Shown here: piece by piece, positions 56,087 to 56,847 of the stretch
How the letters are laid out: each line of letters starts with the position of its first letter
How positions within the stretch are numbered: the stretch's first letter is position 1
Origin: Nitrospirota bacterium
Lineage (GTDB): Bacteria; Nitrospirota; Thermodesulfovibrionia; UBA6902; JACROP01
DNA length: 56,847 bases
Assembly (NCBI GenBank): GCA_016214385.1
Contig: JACROP010000108.1
Location: forward strand, 1 to 56,847
Reading direction: 5' to 3'
Notes under the pieces: generated by a model
Told to the model about the DNA's origin: nothing
Seen by the model: the letters and a program-made list of their open reading frames with translations, nothing else
The model's database searches: none
Made by a program: the position numbers and the translations under genes

Positions 56087-56155
56087 GTCATTCCCGTGAA
56101 AACGGGAATCCAGTAATTTCAATAGGTTCTGGATTCCTGCTTCCGCAGGAATGAC
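56087..56155. repeat. GTCATTCC palindromic repeat, copy D
   Basis: 'GTCATTCCCGTGAAAACGGGAATCCAG...CTGGATTCCTGCTTCCGCAGGAATGAC'. The right half is identical to copy A. Confidence 0.8.
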
Positions 56156-56223
56156 GAAAAAAGGGCTTTTATAAACACATACTATTTATGAAACGCAACA
56201 CTAGGAATGATGAACCTGAAGGA

Positions 56224-56538
56224 TCACATTTCAGCAGGTGTTACAACCGCCATAACCACAAGCCTCTCGTCAGTTGCCCTGAAACCATGTGGAACCATCG
56301 GGTCACAGAGGATGCATGTCTTCTCAGTAGCCTCTATTTCTTCATCGCCTACTGTGAAGATGCCTTTACCCTCAACGCAGTACATCAGAAGCCTCATTGG
56401 TGCCTTATGGGGCTCGAGCTTCTGTCCGGGTTCAAGGCACATAAGGGCAATCCTCATCTCAGGCTTATCAGAAAGCATCTCCCTCGATATCCTGTCAGGG
56501 TAAAATTTTATTAGCTTTTTGAGGTCAAGTGTTTCCAT
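56224..56538 (-). CDS. Cupin domain protein
   Basis: 'LEPGQKLEPHKAP...VEGKG...VPHGF' cupin motifs. Confidence 0.75.
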   Translation of the reverse strand: METLDLKKLIKFYPDRISREMLSDKPEMRIALMCLEPGQKLEPHKAPMRLLMYCVEGKGIFTVGDEEIEATEKTCILCDPMVPHGFRATDERLVVMAVVTPAEM

Positions 56539-56550
56539 ATCATCTCCTTT

Positions 56551-56739
56551 CTATTCTTCTACTAAACTTATTGCCTCCACACGGCATACATCAACTGCCT
56601 CCTGGCAGTTGCAGGTATTGCATTTCTCATGCCCTATAACCCATGCCTTATCATCTCTCATCTCAAAGATCTCAGGGCATATCTCAGGACAAGACCCGCA
56701 ACCTATACATGTGTCCCAGTCAACTACAGGTTTTAACAT
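56551..56739 (-). CDS. Small [4Fe-4S]/[3Fe-4S] ferredoxin
   Basis: 'CIGCGSCPEICP' plus distal Cys. The likely start is the ATG at 56739, after AGGAGG. Confidence 0.75.
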   Translation of the reverse strand: MLKPVVDWDTCIGCGSCPEICPEIFEMRDDKAWVIGHEKCNTCNCQEAVDVCRVEAISLVEE

Positions 56740-56847
56740 ATGACCTCCTTTCATTTGTCACCTTTCATTGAACATAATGCCTTCAACTTTCTTATTACAA
56801 TTCAGTACAGGCATTATACACCTGTTCCCCACTGAAAAATTAAAGAG

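Noticed and set aside
28669-56155. Possibility that the recurring GTCATTCC palindromes represent a CRISPR array
   Set aside because: The copies are 5-23 kb apart and internally palindromic. They are not regularly spaced or separated by unique spacers of fixed length, and no cas genes are present.
56188-56514. Two overlapping plus-strand ORFs (108 and 98 aa) opposite the cupin gene
   Set aside because: The minus-strand cupin ORF has clear cupin motifs, and the plus-strand frames have none.
1-56847. Search by eye for tRNA, rRNA, SRP RNA, riboswitches, prophage genes, restriction-modification or CRISPR-Cas genes
   Set aside because: None was recognisable in the intergenic regions or ORF translations. 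Absence cannot be proven without covariance-model scans (tRNAscan-SE, Infernal/Rfam).

Overview
This 56.8 kb chromosomal segment comes from an anaerobic sulfur-metabolising bacterium; I cannot assign a taxon from the sequence alone. About 43 kb is ordinary core genome. This includes trxA-trxB, the ffh-rpsP-khpA-rimM-trmD-rplS-rnhB operon, rimO, thiL, lon, galU, mutL-miaA-hfq, a DHH-CBS-polyA polymerase and a GGDEF cyclase.

Four things stand out.
1. A complete dissimilatory sulfite reductase locus is present: tusA, dsrABD, dsrN, dsrC, dsrT, dsrMKJOP, two ferredoxins and a divergent dsrH/F/E-like trio with a second tusA. It is split by an 8.4 kb signalling module of HEAT protein, PATAN-like protein, haem-c DUF3365-HAMP sensor, REC-PATAN, CheY, CheW, CheA-REC and a convergent MCP. 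The module has no CheB or CheR.
2. A decayed integron lies at 21.8-23.4 kb. It consists of the last ~37-50 codons of an intI-like recombinase plus two plus-strand cassettes, each ending in an attC-like imperfect palindrome. One cassette is a toxin-first RelE/ParE-RHH pair.
3. Several families of short palindromic or tandem-heptamer repeats occur throughout the window. Five of them sit in frame inside conserved genes (dsrN, an alcohol dehydrogenase, rimO, miaA, thiL) without breaking the reading frames.
4. Smaller oddities include a T18 homopolymer directly upstream of the MCP ribosome-binding site and three chained ATG-GAG-stop mini-ORFs in front of ffh.

No rRNA, tRNA or CRISPR array was recognised. 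All domain calls come from reading motifs in the supplied translations; no database search was run.
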